Source: Octopus sinensis (lineage: Eukaryota). From it: a stretch of 64,000 nt of DNA. The stretch lies in the NCBI RefSeq assembly GCF_006345805.1, contig NC_043004.1, forward strand, positions 10,974,001-11,038,000, written 5' to 3'. Positions 61,981-64,000 of the stretch are shown here, in pieces (position 1 is the first letter of the stretch; each line of letters begins with the position of its first letter). The position numbers and the translations under genes are program-made. The notes under the pieces were generated by a model that did no database searches, was not told the DNA's origin, and saw nothing but the letters and a program-made list of their open reading frames with translations.

Positions 61981-63204
61981 TGCAGTTAATTTACACATCT
62001 ATATCTGTAAGGGACGGGGTTATGTTTGTTGGTTTCGAGATAACCTTACTATGTCTCAATGAATGCAAGAATGTTTTTAGCACAACGACTAATATTCCCA
62101 AAATAATGCATAACAAAAAAAATCTCGTGTCCGATGTTTTCCTGGTGAAAAAAAGGTGGATTGTACCAAAAACATCGTGAAAAACTATAAATAATAATTA
62201 TAATCAAACTCTCTGCTTCTCTCTCTCTCATTCTCTCTTATGATGGCAGCTTATGAAACACGCAAATTGTCTGAGTCACAAATGCGTTGAACACTTTTGT
62301 ACATATCTACGTCCTGTTGCTGTTAGAGATAAATTAGAACGATGTCGTACTAATGACGCCTCTTAAGGTAGAAATATATGTTCGCTACTGACAATAAGCT
62401 AGTAGTTTTCTTTAATAATTTGGCAATATCATAAAATTTTGCTCCTCGTGATGGTCATTCCTCCTCATATGGACTATCCTTAAATTACCCTTTGTTAATT
62501 ATATCATATTTTAGAGTTCAGTACTAAATCCAATGGTAGAAGTGCAAAACAGACGTTTGCTACGTCACATTATGAGATTACCTAACCAGGTACGGAAAAT
62601 ACGCAACGAAGTATAGTTTCCTGTGAAGTGCGGGTCACCATTGCCACTGTATTTCATTTTAATTCAGATGAAATAAATATATGACTTAAATCACGTACGT
62701 CTTTGTCAACGTTACATGAAACTTTCCCACAGAGATTATACTTGGATAAACGGAAACTTTATAGTTCCAGCGATATCGAATTGCTTTCTTAAATAGTTCG
62801 TTGTTGCTTAGAAATCAACAGACATGTATTCCAATACTGTACCTCATAACGAATTATACGTGTCCTTAATTAGTACTTGTAATGTCTTATATGATATGTA
62901 TTAAAATCTTCGCTGTTAATTAGTAATTATTCATATTCTTGGAATTAAAACTCATCATAAACTTGGAATGCAAGCGTGATGTTTCAATAAGACAGTCAAT
63001 AGCAGAATGGCTATTAACCGGGTGCTGCGTGGATACAAATTATTTGAGAAACAGCAAAATTTGTGGTAAGAGAAATGTTAAATTAAACCAGTTGAATATT
63101 AATAGCTGATTTTGTCAGTACCTAATTAGCATCTTCAGCACATTAATACTTAGAATATTTGTGCGCATGCACCTATGTAAATATAAGTTTGGGCTACAAA
63201 GGTC

Positions 63205-63335
63205 TCTGTTCCACAGTATGGTTTTTGAGTTCAGCCCCAGTGCGAGGCATCTTGGCATCTTGTCTTCATTATCCGCTTCAAGAGTACTGTATGAGCGTAG
63301 TTGGCTCGCTGGAAACTGTAGAGAAGACAGATGTT
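63205..63335 (+). mobile_element. Old SINE A-like 5' half
   Basis: GAGTTCAGCCCCAGTGCGAGGCATCTTGG..TGTCTTC..GGAAACTGTAGAGAAG. Confidence 0.55.
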
Positions 63336-63387
63336 GTAAGTATGCATGTTGTATGTCTGCATTTCTCTCTCTCTCTCCCTCTTAGTC

Positions 63388-63418
<31 letters not shown>

Positions 63419-63927
63419 TTATGTACGTTCAGGATCAATTCCTTGTATTCAGTTCCATCAAACCACCAATACCCGATTTAAGGCTGAACCTTCCGAGCAT
63501 GCATGAGACTGATCGGCCACAGCCGGACGCACCGTGATCCATCTTTTCTTCCCCCATGTGATGCCCTTGGTCATCGTCAACAATGACGGATGAACATTAT
63601 TATAATGTATGTATGATATTCGTATATTTGTCTGTCTTCATGCTTCTGTCTAGAGACCCAACTTGAAAGACATCCTGTAACTCAGTGCTCCATCTTCGTG
63701 TTAATTGCGAAATCACAGGTGATAAGGAGCTAAATTCTGTTTTTAAATGACTCGCTTTGAGAGTTGCATTCGGTACAATATGCTTATATTTAGTAGTTAT
63801 GACTTTAAGAGTCCCTCCGAGTGTGTGGCATTTATGTGTAATAATGCCCTCTATACAATATAATTAAATATTTTCAAAGCAACCCTGCTATACTCTTTCA
63901 CAACAACTTTCTGGAAGTACATATGTC

Positions 63928-64000
63928 TAGAAGTAGTATTTTCAGTAGTGTTTGTTTGTTTGTCCGTGGATAAGAAATCTCAAGAACCGCTGGATGGATT
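63928..64000 (+). mobile_element. Possible start of a DINE-1/HINE-like (Helentron-associated) element, cut by the window edge
   Basis: GTATTTTCAGTAGTGTTTGTTTGTTTGTCCGT..ATCTCAAGAACCGCTGGATGGATT resembles the microsatellite plus core layout of such elements. Confidence 0.4.

Overview
AT-rich, microsatellite-dense eukaryotic DNA with no host gene I can support. Most ORF-track entries are translated simple repeats. The repeat families resemble those I recall from octopus genomes (inference, not database-checked). The window is a nested mobile-element landscape: several tRNA-derived SINE families in many copies, three mariner relics (one full length), a nearly intact 5'-truncated CR1/L2-group LINE, R4/Dong-like, Tx1/L1-like, Penelope (GIY-YIG) and probable Ty3/Gypsy fragments, and MITE/foldback elements. 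The most notable layer is about ten minimal type I hammerhead-ribozyme-like motifs. They include one whose stem II is a 234-nt foldback, a recurring CUGU(U/A)GA core variant, and a Penelope 3' end carrying a tRNA-like Pol III cassette upstream of its hammerhead. Other highlights are a SINE and LINE sharing a covarying 3' hairpin, and SINE concatemers enclosed by a single target-site duplication. All coordinates and alignments were read by eye and may be off by a few bases.
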